From assembly GCA_943912265.1 (NCBI GenBank), contig CALTTS010000011.1, positions 15,309 through 79,308 on the forward strand: a DNA stretch of 64,000 nucleotides, read 5' to 3'. The notes below the pieces were generated by a model. That model ran no database searches, had not been told where the DNA came from, and worked only from the letters and a program-made list of their open reading frames with translations. The position numbers and the translations under genes were made by a program. This DNA is from an uncultured Xanthomonas sp. (GTDB taxonomy: Bacteria; Pseudomonadota; Gammaproteobacteria; Xanthomonadales; Xanthomonadaceae). Shown here piece after piece: positions 55,281 through 64,000 of this stretch (positions are counted from its first letter, which is position 1; every line of letters begins with the position of its first letter).

Positions 55281-55739
55281 GTGAGCGACGAGCACGCCCC
55301 GCCCGGCGCGGAATCCGCGTCCGCGGGCGACGACGCGCCGGCGCCGTCGCTGGAGGACAGCCTGCGCCGGCTGGAACAGGCCGGGCGCGAAGGCCTGGGC
55401 AACGCCGCCGGCACCGTGCGCGCGCTGCGCATGCTGGTGGCCGCCGACGTCGCGCTGGCGTGGGGCGCGCTCGGCCGCGCGGTGGCGTGGATCGCGGTGG
55501 GCATCGCGTTCGGCGCCTCGTCGTGGCTGCTGCTGATGGGCGTGCTGATCGCCGCGTTGCAGAGCTTCGGCCTGTCGTGGCTGGCCGCGATGGCGGTCGC
55601 CGCCGGCCTGAGCCTGTGCGTCACCGCGCTCGGCGTCGGGCAGGCGCTGCGCTTCCTGCGCCACACCCGGTTCAAGGCCACCCGCCGGCAGCTGCGCCGG
55701 CTCGGGTTCGGCGACGAGGACGAGGACGGCCCGGCATGA
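55281..55739 (+). CDS. YqjE-like (DUF1469) inner membrane protein
   Basis: GTG start 4 nt after the elaB-like stop. Two to three TM helices. Confidence 0.5.
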   Translation: MSDEHAPPGAESASAGDDAPAPSLEDSLRRLEQAGREGLGNAAGTVRALRMLVAADVALAWGALGRAVAWIAVGIAFGASSWLLLMGVLIAALQSFGLSWLAAMAVAAGLSLCVTALGVGQALRFLRHTRFKATRRQLRRLGFGDEDEDGPA

Positions 55740-56164
55740 AATTCGACGCCCTGCAGCAGCGCGTGCGGCGTGCCGAACGGCTGGTCGAAGGCCGCGCCGG
55801 GCAGGCGCGGGACGACTGGCACGAGATCGGCGCGGCCTGGCGCGGGCTGTGGACGCCGTGGCGCATCGTCGGCGCAGGCGTGGTGGCCGGGTTCCTGTCC
55901 GGCCGCGCCGAACCGCTGGCCTTCGCCGGCCGGCTGGGCAGCGTGCGCTGGATGGAGATCCTGACCACCGTGTCGAGTTTCGCCACCGAGATCACCGCCG
56001 CCGGCGCGGCGGCGCAGGCCGGCAGCGGCGCCGTCGCGGATGCCGGCGACGGCGATGGCGCGCGCTCCGCCGGGGCCGCCGCCACGCCCGGCCCCGCACC
56101 CGCCACGGCCGAACCGCGCGCCCCGGCGCCGGCCGAGGCGGCCACCGACCTCTCCGCGTCCTGA
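55736..56164 (+). CDS. YqjK-like protein
   Basis: ATG overlaps the upstream stop (ATGA). Short protein with a TM helix, third gene of the yqjD-E-K-like module. Confidence 0.4.
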   Translation: MKFDALQQRVRRAERLVEGRAGQARDDWHEIGAAWRGLWTPWRIVGAGVVAGFLSGRAEPLAFAGRLGSVRWMEILTTVSSFATEITAAGAAAQAGSGAVADAGDGDGARSAGAAATPGPAPATAEPRAPAPAEAATDLSAS

Positions 56165-56246
56165 GCCGCCGTTCCCCGGCGCGGGCCGCAGGACGTAAGC
56201 TGCGCTCCCGTCCGCGGCCGATGCCGCCCCGTCCGCGCCCACCGCG

Positions 56247-57347
56247 ATGAGCCTGCCCACGCCCGAACCGGCTCCGTCCGGCCGTACCGTCGAATCCCCG
56301 CCTCCCGCCCGCGGCCCGCGCGCGCCGCTGTCGCTGAAGCTGCTGGCGGTGATCGCCCTCGGCACCGTGCTGTGGGCCGCGCAGGCGGTGCTGCTGCCGG
56401 TGCTCGTGGCGGCGTTCCTGTCGCTGGTCGGCAACCCGGTGATCCGCGTGCTCGGCCGCCTGCACCTGCCGCGCGCGCTGGCCGCGGTGCTGGTGATGCT
56501 GGTCGGGCTCGGCCTGACCGGGCTGGTCGCCACCCGCATGCTGCCGGCGGCGGTGGAATGGGCGCACGCGGCGCCGCACGCCGCGCGCCAGATGGCGCCC
56601 AAGCTGCGCGAACTGCTCAAGCCGGTGCAGGACGCAGGCCAGGCCGCGGAGAGCTTCGCCCGCGCCGCCGGCGGCCAGGTCGGCCGCGCGCCGGAGATCG
56701 TCCGCACCGCGCAGGACGACCCCTTCGGCCGCCTGCTGGCCACGCCGCGCGCGCTGACCGCGGTGCTGGCGGTGGCGCTGCTGACATTCTTCTTCATGGT
56801 GTTCGGCGAGCGCCTGTGGCGCAACGCGGTGGCGCTGCTGCCGGAGGCGCGCAAGCCATTCGCCGAGGACATCCTGCATTCGATCGAGCACGAGATCTCG
56901 CGCTACGTGCTGACCATCAGCCTGATCAACGCCGCGCTCGGCACGGTGTACGGCAGCGTGCTGTACCTGCTGCATTTCCCGCTGTCCGAAGCGGTGCTGT
57001 GGGGCACCCTGGCCGCGCTGCTGAACTTCGCCCCGTACGTGGGCCCGCTGATCGGCGTGCTGCTGATGCTGCTGGTCGGGCTGGCGACCTTCGACGACCT
57101 CGGCGCCTCGCTGCTGCCGGCGGCCATCTACCTCGGCCTGCACACGCTGGAAGGCCAGCTGGTCACCCCGGTGGTGCTGGGCCGGCGGATGGCGCTGTCG
57201 CCGCTGGTGCTGATGCTGGCGCTGATGCTGTTCGGCGGGCTGTGGGGCTTCGTCGGCCTGCTGCTGGCGGTGCCGCTGCTGGTGTGCATCAAGCTGGTGC
57301 TGGCGCGGATGGACGGCCTGCAGGGCTGGGCGCGGCTGCTGGAATAG
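56247..57347 (+). CDS. AI-2E family transporter (PerM/YhhT-like)
   Basis: Eight TM helices with the family-typical 366-aa layout. Confidence 0.85.
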   Translation: MSLPTPEPAPSGRTVESPPPARGPRAPLSLKLLAVIALGTVLWAAQAVLLPVLVAAFLSLVGNPVIRVLGRLHLPRALAAVLVMLVGLGLTGLVATRMLPAAVEWAHAAPHAARQMAPKLRELLKPVQDAGQAAESFARAAGGQVGRAPEIVRTAQDDPFGRLLATPRALTAVLAVALLTFFFMVFGERLWRNAVALLPEARKPFAEDILHSIEHEISRYVLTISLINAALGTVYGSVLYLLHFPLSEAVLWGTLAALLNFAPYVGPLIGVLLMLLVGLATFDDLGASLLPAAIYLGLHTLEGQLVTPVVLGRRMALSPLVLMLALMLFGGLWGFVGLLLAVPLLVCIKLVLARMDGLQGWARLLE

Positions 57348-57387
57348 CGCCCCGGGCCGCGCGGCGGCGGCGCGCTATCATCGGCGG

Positions 57388-58122
57388 ATGAGTTTCCCGG
57401 TCCGCGCCATCACCCTCGACCTCGACGACACCGTGTGGCCGTTCGCGCCGATCGGCGCGCGGATCGAGCACGCCCTGCACGCCTGGCTGGGCGAGCACAG
57501 CCCGGCCACCGCCGAGCGCTTCCCGCCGCACGAGATGCTCAGGCTGCGCGAGCGCGTGCTGGCCCGGCACCCCGAACTGGCCCACGACCTCACCGCGATC
57601 CGCCGCCGCGCCATCGAGATCGCGCTGGCCGAGAGCGGCAGCGACCCGGCCCTGCTGGAGCCGGCGTTCGAGGTGTTCTACGCCACCCGCAACCAGGTGG
57701 ACTTCTACCCGGACAGCCTCGCCGGCCTGCGCCGCCTGGCCGCGCGCGTACCGCTGATCGCGCTGAGCAACGGCAACGCCGACCTCGCCCGGATCGGCAT
57801 CGACGGGCTGTTCGCCGGCCAGCTCAGCGCGCGCGAGCACGGCGCGCCCAAGCCGGCGCCGAGCATCTTCCTGGCCGCCTGCGCGCTGGCCGGCGCCGCG
57901 CCGGGCGAGGTGCTGCACGTGGGCGACAACGTCGAGCTCGACGTGGCCGGCGCCGCGCGGGCCGGCCTGCGCAGCTGCTGGCTGCACCGCGACGACCACC
58001 CCGACGGCCTGCGCGCGTGGCCGCACGCGCACCTCGCGCCCGACCTGACCTTCGACTCGCTGCTCGCGCTGGCCGACTGGCTCGACGCCACCCAGCCCGG
58101 CGCGGCGGCCACCGCCGCCTGA
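57388..58122 (+). CDS. HAD superfamily hydrolase (YigB-like)
   Basis: Motif I ITLDLDDTVW, motif II LSNG and motif III/IV K...GDN. Confidence 0.75.
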   Translation: MSFPVRAITLDLDDTVWPFAPIGARIEHALHAWLGEHSPATAERFPPHEMLRLRERVLARHPELAHDLTAIRRRAIEIALAESGSDPALLEPAFEVFYATRNQVDFYPDSLAGLRRLAARVPLIALSNGNADLARIGIDGLFAGQLSAREHGAPKPAPSIFLAACALAGAAPGEVLHVGDNVELDVAGAARAGLRSCWLHRDDHPDGLRAWPHAHLAPDLTFDSLLALADWLDATQPGAAATAA

Positions 58123-58162
58123 GCGCGGCCGACGCATCACCGCATTCCCGAGGATTTCCGCC

Positions 58163-59521
58163 ATGACGACCGCTTCCGCTCCCGCCGCCCCGCTGCCGCT
58201 GCACGTGCTGCTGCCCGGCCGCTTCGAAAGCTGGCTGGCCGCGCAGCCGGCCGCGGTGCAGGCCTGGGCCAACGCGCAGGGCTTCGCCGGCACGCCCGGC
58301 TCGCTGCTGCTGCTGCCCGGTGCCGACGGGCTGGCCGGCGCCGCGATCGGCGTCGGCGACGCGCTCGACCCGGCCGCCTACGGCCACGCCCCGTTCGGCC
58401 TGCCCGCCGGCGACTGGGCCGTGGCCACGCCGCTGGCAGCGGCCGAACAGGCCGCGCTCGAACTCGGCTGGGGCCTGGCCGGCTACCGCTTCGCCCGCTA
58501 CCGCAAGCCGGCGCGCGAACCGGCCCGGCTCGCGCCGGCCGCCGCCGATGCCGAAACCCGGGCCGTGCTCGACGCCGTGCTGCGGGTGCGCGACTGGGTC
58601 AACACGCCCACCGAGGACATGGGCCCGCAGCAACTGGAGGACATCGCCCGCGCGCTGGCCGCCGAACACGGCGCGGACATCCAGGTCACCGCCGGCGACG
58701 CGCTGCTCGCGGCCAACTACCCCACCATCCACGCGGTCGGCCGCGCCTCGCACCGCGCCCCGCGCATCATCGAGCTGGGCTGGGGCGACGAAACCCGCCC
58801 GCATCTGGTGCTGGTCGGCAAGGGCGTGTGCTTCGACACCGGCGGCCTGGACCTGAAGGGCGCCGAGGGCATGCGCAACATGAAGAAGGACATGGGCGGC
58901 GCCGCGCACGCGCTGGCCCTGGCCGGGCTGGTGATGGCGCGCCGGCTGCCGGTGCGCCTGACCCTGCTGGTGCCGGCGGTGGAGAATGCCGTCGGCCCGG
59001 ACGCGCTGCGCCCGGGCGAAGTGGTCACCACCCGCCAGGGCGCCACGGTGGAGATCGACAACACCGACGCCGAGGGCCGGCTGATCCTGTGCGACGCGCT
59101 GGCCCGCGCCGGCGAACTGCGGCCCGATGCCATCCTCGATTTCGCCACCCTCACCGGCGCCGCGCGGGTGGCGCTCGGCCCGGACGTGCCGGCCCTGTTC
59201 GCCAACGACGACGCGCTGGCAAACGCCTGGCAGGCGGCCGGCGACGCGGTGCGCGACCCGGTCTGGCGCATGCCGCTGTGGCGCCCGTACCTGCGCTACC
59301 TCAAGAGCAACGTGGCCGACATCGCCAACGCCGGCTCGCGCATGGCCGGCGCGGTCACCGCCGCGCTGTACCTGGAATGCTTCGTGCCGGCCGGCACGCC
59401 GTGGGCGCACCTGGACACCTATGCGTGGACCGACGCCGAGCGTCCCGGCCACCCCGCCGGCGGCGAGGCGCTGGGCCTGCGCGCGGCCTGGGCGATGCTC
59501 AAGGCGCGCTACGCCCGATGA
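58163..59521 (+). CDS. M17 family leucyl aminopeptidase-like metallopeptidase
   Basis: Catalytic motif NTDAEGRL and metal ligands (K...D...D...E). Confidence 0.85.
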   Translation: MTTASAPAAPLPLHVLLPGRFESWLAAQPAAVQAWANAQGFAGTPGSLLLLPGADGLAGAAIGVGDALDPAAYGHAPFGLPAGDWAVATPLAAAEQAALELGWGLAGYRFARYRKPAREPARLAPAAADAETRAVLDAVLRVRDWVNTPTEDMGPQQLEDIARALAAEHGADIQVTAGDALLAANYPTIHAVGRASHRAPRIIELGWGDETRPHLVLVGKGVCFDTGGLDLKGAEGMRNMKKDMGGAAHALALAGLVMARRLPVRLTLLVPAVENAVGPDALRPGEVVTTRQGATVEIDNTDAEGRLILCDALARAGELRPDAILDFATLTGAARVALGPDVPALFANDDALANAWQAAGDAVRDPVWRMPLWRPYLRYLKSNVADIANAGSRMAGAVTAALYLECFVPAGTPWAHLDTYAWTDAERPGHPAGGEALGLRAAWAMLKARYAR

Positions 59522-60075
59522 GCGCGGGAACCCGCGCTGCGCCGACGGTGCTGGTGCTGCCGGGCTGGCAGGATTCCGGCCCCGGGCACTGGCAATCGCG
59601 CTGGCAGGCACTGCACCCGGCATGGCGGCGCGTCGAACAGGCCGACTGGTTCCATCCGCGCCGCGCCGACTGGGTGGCCGCGCTCGATGCCGCCGCTGCG
59701 GCCACGCCCGGCGACCTGGTGCTGCTGGCCCACAGCCTGGGCTGCATCACCGTCGCGCACTGGGCGGCCAGCGCCCCGGCCGCCGCCGCGCGCGTGCGCC
59801 ATGCCTTCCTCGTCGCCAGCCCGGATATCGGGCGCGACGACCTGCCGGCCGAACTGGCCGACTTCGCCCCCGCCCCGCAGGCGCCGCTGCCGTTCGCGGC
59901 CACGCTGGTGGCCAGCTGCGACGACCCGTTCTGCAGCTTCGCCCGCGCGCAGGCGCTGGCCGCCGACTGGGGCGCGCCGCTGTGGGACATCGGCAAGGCC
60001 GGCCACATCAACGCCGCCGCCGGCCATGGCGACTGGCCGGAAGGCCTGGCCCGGCTGCAGGCGCTGCTGGGCTGA
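59518..60075 (+). CDS. Alpha/beta hydrolase, YdeN/RBBP9-like serine hydrolase
   Basis: Nucleophile elbow GHSLG, plus Asp/His. Start overlaps the upstream stop (ATGA). Confidence 0.7.
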   Translation: MSAGTRAAPTVLVLPGWQDSGPGHWQSRWQALHPAWRRVEQADWFHPRRADWVAALDAAAAATPGDLVLLAHSLGCITVAHWAASAPAAAARVRHAFLVASPDIGRDDLPAELADFAPAPQAPLPFAATLVASCDDPFCSFARAQALAADWGAPLWDIGKAGHINAAAGHGDWPEGLARLQALLG

Positions 60076-60179
60076 GGCTCAAACGCCTCCGCGATACGCC
60101 CGGCGCATGCCGCACCGGCCGGCCATCGCGGCCGCCGCCGGAGGATGCGCCCCGACCCGCCGCGATCCCTGCGCTCCGC

Positions 60180-60822
60180 TCCCGTGCGCACTCCACACGA
60201 CCTGACAGGCGCATCGCGGCGGCGGTGACGACCGCGCCACCGCGCACGATGGCGATCCTTGGGCGCCTGCCTCGTGTCTTCCCCGGAAGGAAGCACCGCG
60301 ACCGCATCCGCAACGGGACGGCGCCATCGTGCACGCAGGGCGAACCTCATGCTTCGGCATCAGTGCCATCCTGCCCTCCCGCATGCCGCCTTCCTCCAGC
60401 ACGCCCGGACAGGCGCATCGCGGCAGCGGCGGCGACTGCACCACCGCGCACGATGGCGACCCCTGGGCCCTGCCTCGTGTCTTCGTCCACAGCCCCGGAC
60501 GGAAGCACCGCGACCGCATTCGCAACGGGACGGCGCCATCGTGCACGCCGGGCGATCCCCATGCTTCGGCTTCGGCACCGTCCTACTGCACGCCGCCTTC
60601 CTCCAGCACGCCCGGACAGGCGCATCGCGGCAGCGGCGGCGACTGCACCACCGCGCACGATGGCGATCCCTGGGCCCTGCCTCGTGCCTTCGTCCCCAGC
60701 CCCGGACGGAAGCACCGCCACCGCATTCGCAACGGGACGGTGCCATCGAGCACGCGGGGCGATCCCCATGCTTCGGCCTCGGCACCGTCCTCCCGCACGC
60801 CGCCTTCCTCCCGCAAGCCTGG
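60180..60822. repeat. 207-bp tandem repeat array (~3.1 copies)
   Basis: Unit starts at about 60179, 60386, 60593 and 60800 (partial). Copies are about 90% identical. Each unit contains internal inverted repeats (gcgcacgatggcg / cgccatcgtgcacgc). The 207-nt period is 3 x 69. Confidence 0.85.
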
Positions 60823-61059
60823 ATACGCGGTCGCTCGGCCATGGCAGCAGCGACGTGCCGATGGCGCGTCGGCCCGTATCGGCTTCCGGTAGAGGCGCCG
60901 GCACGGAGCAGCGGCAGGGTGCAAGCGCATCACCGCGCCGGCGTGTCCGGCCAGTCGCCGCGCGGCGCGCCCGAACGAAAACCCGCGCCGCGGGCATGAC
61001 CCGCCCCGGCGATCGGAGGGACAATGGCGGGTCTTCCCCGCAACCGACCGATGCCGTCC

Positions 61060-62208
61060 ATGAAACCGATCCTGGAGATCGCCGACCTGAAGGCGCTGGC
61101 GCGCCGCCGCGTGCCCAAGCTGTTCTTCGACTACGCCGACAGCGGTGCCTGGACCGAGAGCACCTACCGCGCCAACGAGGCCGATTTCGCCCGCATCAAG
61201 CTGCGCCAGAAGGTGATGGTGGACATGAGCGGGCGCTCGCTGGCCACCACCATGGCCGGCCAGCCGGTGGCGATGCCGCTGGCGCTGGCGCCGACCGGGC
61301 TGTGCGGCATGCAGCACGCCGACGGCGAGATCCTCGCCGCGCAGGCGGCCGAGGCGGCCGGCGTGCCGTTCACCCTGTCGACGATGAGCATCTGCTCGAT
61401 CGAGGACGTGGCCGCGGCCACGCGCAAGCCGTTCTGGTTCCAGCTGTACGTGATGCGCGACCGCGGCTTCGTCGGCGACCTGATCGACCGCGCCAGGGCC
61501 GCCGGCTGCGCCGCGCTGGTGCTCACGCTGGACCTGCAGATCCTCGGCCAGCGCCACAAGGACCTGCGCAACGCGCTGTCCGCGCCGCCGCGGCTGACCC
61601 CGAAGCACCTGTGGCAGATGGCGCAGCGGCCGCGCTGGTGCCTGGGCATGCTCGGCACCCGCCGCCACCGCTTCGGCAACGTGGTCGGCCATGCCAAGGG
61701 CGTGAGCGACCTGTCCTCGCTGGGCGCGTGGACCGCCGAGCAGTTCGACCCGCGGCTGTCGTGGGACGACGTGGAATGGATCCGCCAGCGCTGGGGCGGC
61801 ACGCTGATCCTCAAGGGCGTGCTCGACCCGGACGATGCGCGCCACGCCGCCGCCACCGGCGCCGACGCATTGATCGTGTCCAACCACGGCGGGCGCCAGC
61901 TCGACGGCGCGCCCTCCTCGATCAGCGCGCTGCCGCGCATCGTCGAGGCGGTCGGCGATCGCATCGAGGTACACTTGGACGGCGGCGTGCGCCACGGCCA
62001 GGACATCCTGCGCGCGGTGGCGCTGGGCGCGCGCGGCGTCTACATCGGCCGGCCGTTCCTGTACGGGCTGGGCGCGCTCGGCCGCGACGGCGTGACCTTG
62101 GCGCTGGAGATCCTGCGCAAGGAGCTGGACGTGAGCATGGCGCTGTGCGGCAAGCGCGACATCGCCGAGGTCGGCCGCGACGTGCTGTGGGACCCGCTGC
62201 CGTTCTGA
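61060..62208 (+). CDS. lldD: FMN-dependent L-lactate/alpha-hydroxy acid dehydrogenase
   Basis: MKPILEIADLKALARRRVPKLFFDYADSGA... The active-site region is present. An alternative ATG lies at 61024. Confidence 0.85.
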   Translation: MKPILEIADLKALARRRVPKLFFDYADSGAWTESTYRANEADFARIKLRQKVMVDMSGRSLATTMAGQPVAMPLALAPTGLCGMQHADGEILAAQAAEAAGVPFTLSTMSICSIEDVAAATRKPFWFQLYVMRDRGFVGDLIDRARAAGCAALVLTLDLQILGQRHKDLRNALSAPPRLTPKHLWQMAQRPRWCLGMLGTRRHRFGNVVGHAKGVSDLSSLGAWTAEQFDPRLSWDDVEWIRQRWGGTLILKGVLDPDDARHAAATGADALIVSNHGGRQLDGAPSSISALPRIVEAVGDRIEVHLDGGVRHGQDILRAVALGARGVYIGRPFLYGLGALGRDGVTLALEILRKELDVSMALCGKRDIAEVGRDVLWDPLPF

Positions 62209-62218
62209 GCCTGCGGCG

Positions 62219-62530
62219 CTACAGCCAGCCCTTCTGCCGCGCCAGCCGGTAGGCCTCGATGCGGTTGCCGACGCCGAGCTTGCCGATGGCCTCGGACAGG
62301 TAGTTGCGCACGGTGCCGTGCGAGAGGTTCAGGCGCGCGGCGATGTCGGCCGCGCCCAGGCCTTCGCCGGCCAGGCGCAGCACCTGGCGCTCGCGCTCGT
62401 TGAGCGGGTCGGGCTCGGACCAGGCCTCCAGCGCCAGCTCCGGGGCGATGGCGCGGCCGCCGCGCTGCACGGTGCGCAGCGCCTCGGCCAGGGTCTGCGG
62501 CGGTGCATCCTTGAGCAGGTAGCCGGCCAC
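62219..62530 (-). pseudogene. C-terminal fragment of a NarL/FixJ (LuxR-type) response regulator (HTH domain only)
   Basis: VAGYLLKDAPPQTLAEALRTVQRGG...LNERERQVLRLAGEGLGAADIAARLNLSHGTVRNYLSEAIGKLGVGNRIEA. There is no receiver domain upstream in this frame. Confidence 0.55.
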
Positions 62531-62531
62531 G

Positions 62532-62714
<183 letters not shown>

Positions 62715-62792
62715 GGCCGGACTCCTGGACGGGGTGCGCACAGGCTCGCGCAGGCGCCGGCGACGCGGCAGTGGCGGCCATCAGGGACATGA

Positions 62793-62806
62793 GGTGACAG
62801 CTGTCA
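62793..62806. promoter_or_regulatory. Perfect 14-bp palindrome GTGACAGCTGTCAC
   Basis: Candidate operator in the intergenic region upstream of the macA-like gene. Confidence 0.35.
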
Positions 62807-62867
62807 CTGGTGGCACCGGCCGCAGCCACGCAGACTGCTTCCGCCGCCCACTCCGGCCGGCCGCCGC

Positions 62868-62885
62868 CGGAAAGTGACTTCCGGC
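62868..62885. promoter_or_regulatory. Inverted repeat CCGGAA-AGTGAC-TTCCGG
   Basis: Second dyad in the same intergenic region. It shares a GTGAC core with the first palindrome. Confidence 0.3.
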
Positions 62886-62946
62886 AGCTTGGACGCCGCC
62901 GCCGGCACCGGCCACACTGGCCCTGCCATCCGCCCACGGGACCCCG

Positions 62947-64000
62947 ATGAACGCCTCCGCCGAACTGCTCAAGGAACTGCGCATCGACCGCAAGGCACCG
63001 CCCCCGGCCCCGCCGCGCCGGCGGCGCTGGTGGGTGCTCGGCGCGGCGGCCATCGTGGTGCTCGCCGCGGCGGCGGCCTGGCTGGCGCTGCGGTACCGCC
63101 CGCTGGAAGTGCATACCGCGCCGGTGGTGGCGATCGGCAGCGGCGGCGAGAGCGCCTCGGTGCTCGATGCCAGCGGCTATGTCGTCGCCCGCCGCACCGC
63201 CACGGTCTCGGCCAAGATCACCGGCAAGGTGCGCGAAGTGTTCATCGAGGAAGGCATGCGGGTGGAACAGGGCCAGGTGATGGCCACGCTCGACCCGGTG
63301 GACGCCGATGCCCAGCGCGCGCTGTCGGCCGCACAGCTGGAACAGTCGCGCACGCAGGTGGCCAACATCCAGGCGCAGCTCAAGCAGGCCGAAGCCGATG
63401 CCGTGCGTCTGCACACCCTGGTCGGCCAGCAGCTGGTGTCGCGCTCGCAGTACGACCAGTCCGTCGCCGCACGCGATGCGCTGCGCGCGCAGCTGCAGGC
63501 CGCGCAGCGTGGCGTCACCGTGGCCGAGCGCAACCTGGCCATCGCCGACAACGGCGTGGACAACACCATCGTGCGCGCGCCGTTCGCCGGCGTGGTCACC
63601 GCCAAGGCGGCGCAGCCGGGCGAGATCGTCTCGCCGCTGGCCACCGGCGGCTTCACCCGCACCGGCATCGGCACCATCGTCGACATGGACTCGCTGGAGG
63701 TGGAGGTCGACGTGGGCGAGGCCTACATCGGCCGCGTGCAGCCGCACATGCCCGCCGAGGTGGTGCTCAACGCCTACCCGGACTGGCGCATCCCGGCCGA
63801 GGTGATCGCCATCATCCCCGCCGCCGACCGCGGCAAGGCCACGGTCAAGGTGCGCGTGGCGATGAAGGTGAAGGATGCGCGCATCGTGCCGGACATGGGC
63901 GTGCGGGTGAGCTTCCTGGAAAAGCCGCGCGAGGCGAAGGACGACACGCCGCAGGGCGTGCGCGTGCCGGCCGCGGCGCTGGCGCAGCGCGACGGCAGGA
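62947..64000 (+). CDS. Efflux pump periplasmic adaptor subunit (HlyD/MacA family), 3'-truncated by window end
   Basis: ATG at 62947. N-terminal TM anchor WWVLGAAAIVVLAAAAAWLAL, coiled-coil and lipoyl/beta-barrel domains. Not in the ORF track because it runs off the window end; translated manually. Confidence 0.8.
   Translation, partial: MNASAELLKELRIDRKAPPPAPPRRRRWWVLGAAAIVVLAAAAAWLALRYRPLEVHTAPVVAIGSGGESASVLDASGYVVARRTATVSAKITGKVREVFIEEGMRVEQGQVMATLDPVDADAQRALSAAQLEQSRTQVANIQAQLKQAEADAVRLHTLVGQQLVSRSQYDQSVAARDALRAQLQAAQRGVTVAERNLAIADNGVDNTIVRAPFAGVVTAKAAQPGEIVSPLATGGFTRTGIGTIVDMDSLEVEVDVGEAYIGRVQPHMPAEVVLNAYPDWRIPAEVIAIIPAADRGKATVKVRVAMKVKDARIVPDMGVRVSFLEKPREAKDDTPQGVRVPAAALAQRDGR

Noticed and set aside
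60180-60822. CRISPR array or repeat-protein gene (ORF 60259..60999) at the 207-bp repeats.
   Set aside because: The units are 207 bp and directly abutting with no unique spacers, and there are no cas genes. The translated repeats are Arg/His/Pro-rich nonsense in all frames.

Overview
This window is a high-GC (~70%) gammaproteobacterial chromosome segment. Gene content points to Xanthomonadaceae/Lysobacteraceae: Oar-type ~1000-aa TonB-dependent receptor, PhoPQ, birA-coaX-SPOR, long-form TrpS. This placement is inferred, not searched. About 60 genes are supported, mostly core metabolism and envelope functions. In order: a 2-oxo-acid dehydrogenase E2; a type IV pilin-like operon; trpS; three tandem entericidin-like lipoprotein genes next to a tRNA-Thr; birA-coaX; mtfA; phoPQ; dusA; acnD with a LigT-like gene and prpF; a long minus-strand array that looks like a peptidoglycan-peptide foraging locus; a PQQ sugar dehydrogenase; a GH3 glycosidase; a GGDEF protein; an M1 peptidase; a KA-rich histone-like protein; degP with an elaB/yqjE/yqjK-like operon; an AI-2E transporter; an M17 aminopeptidase; lldD; and a 5'-partial macA-like adaptor at the window end. 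No transposases, integrases or CRISPR arrays were seen. The most interesting features: (1) a ~17 kb TonB-receptor-anchored locus for muropeptide uptake and degradation, from about 25.1 to 42.3 kb; (2) a minor-pilin operon whose last gene is a 729-aa PilX-N-terminal protein with a Gly/Thr/Cys-rich repeat domain and no PilY1; (3) three entericidin paralogs beside a heptanucleotide microsatellite and a duplicated tRNA 5' half; (4) a 207-bp tandem repeat array with period 3x69; (5) a chimeric ABC-ATPase/LuxR remnant beside palindromic operators upstream of macA.
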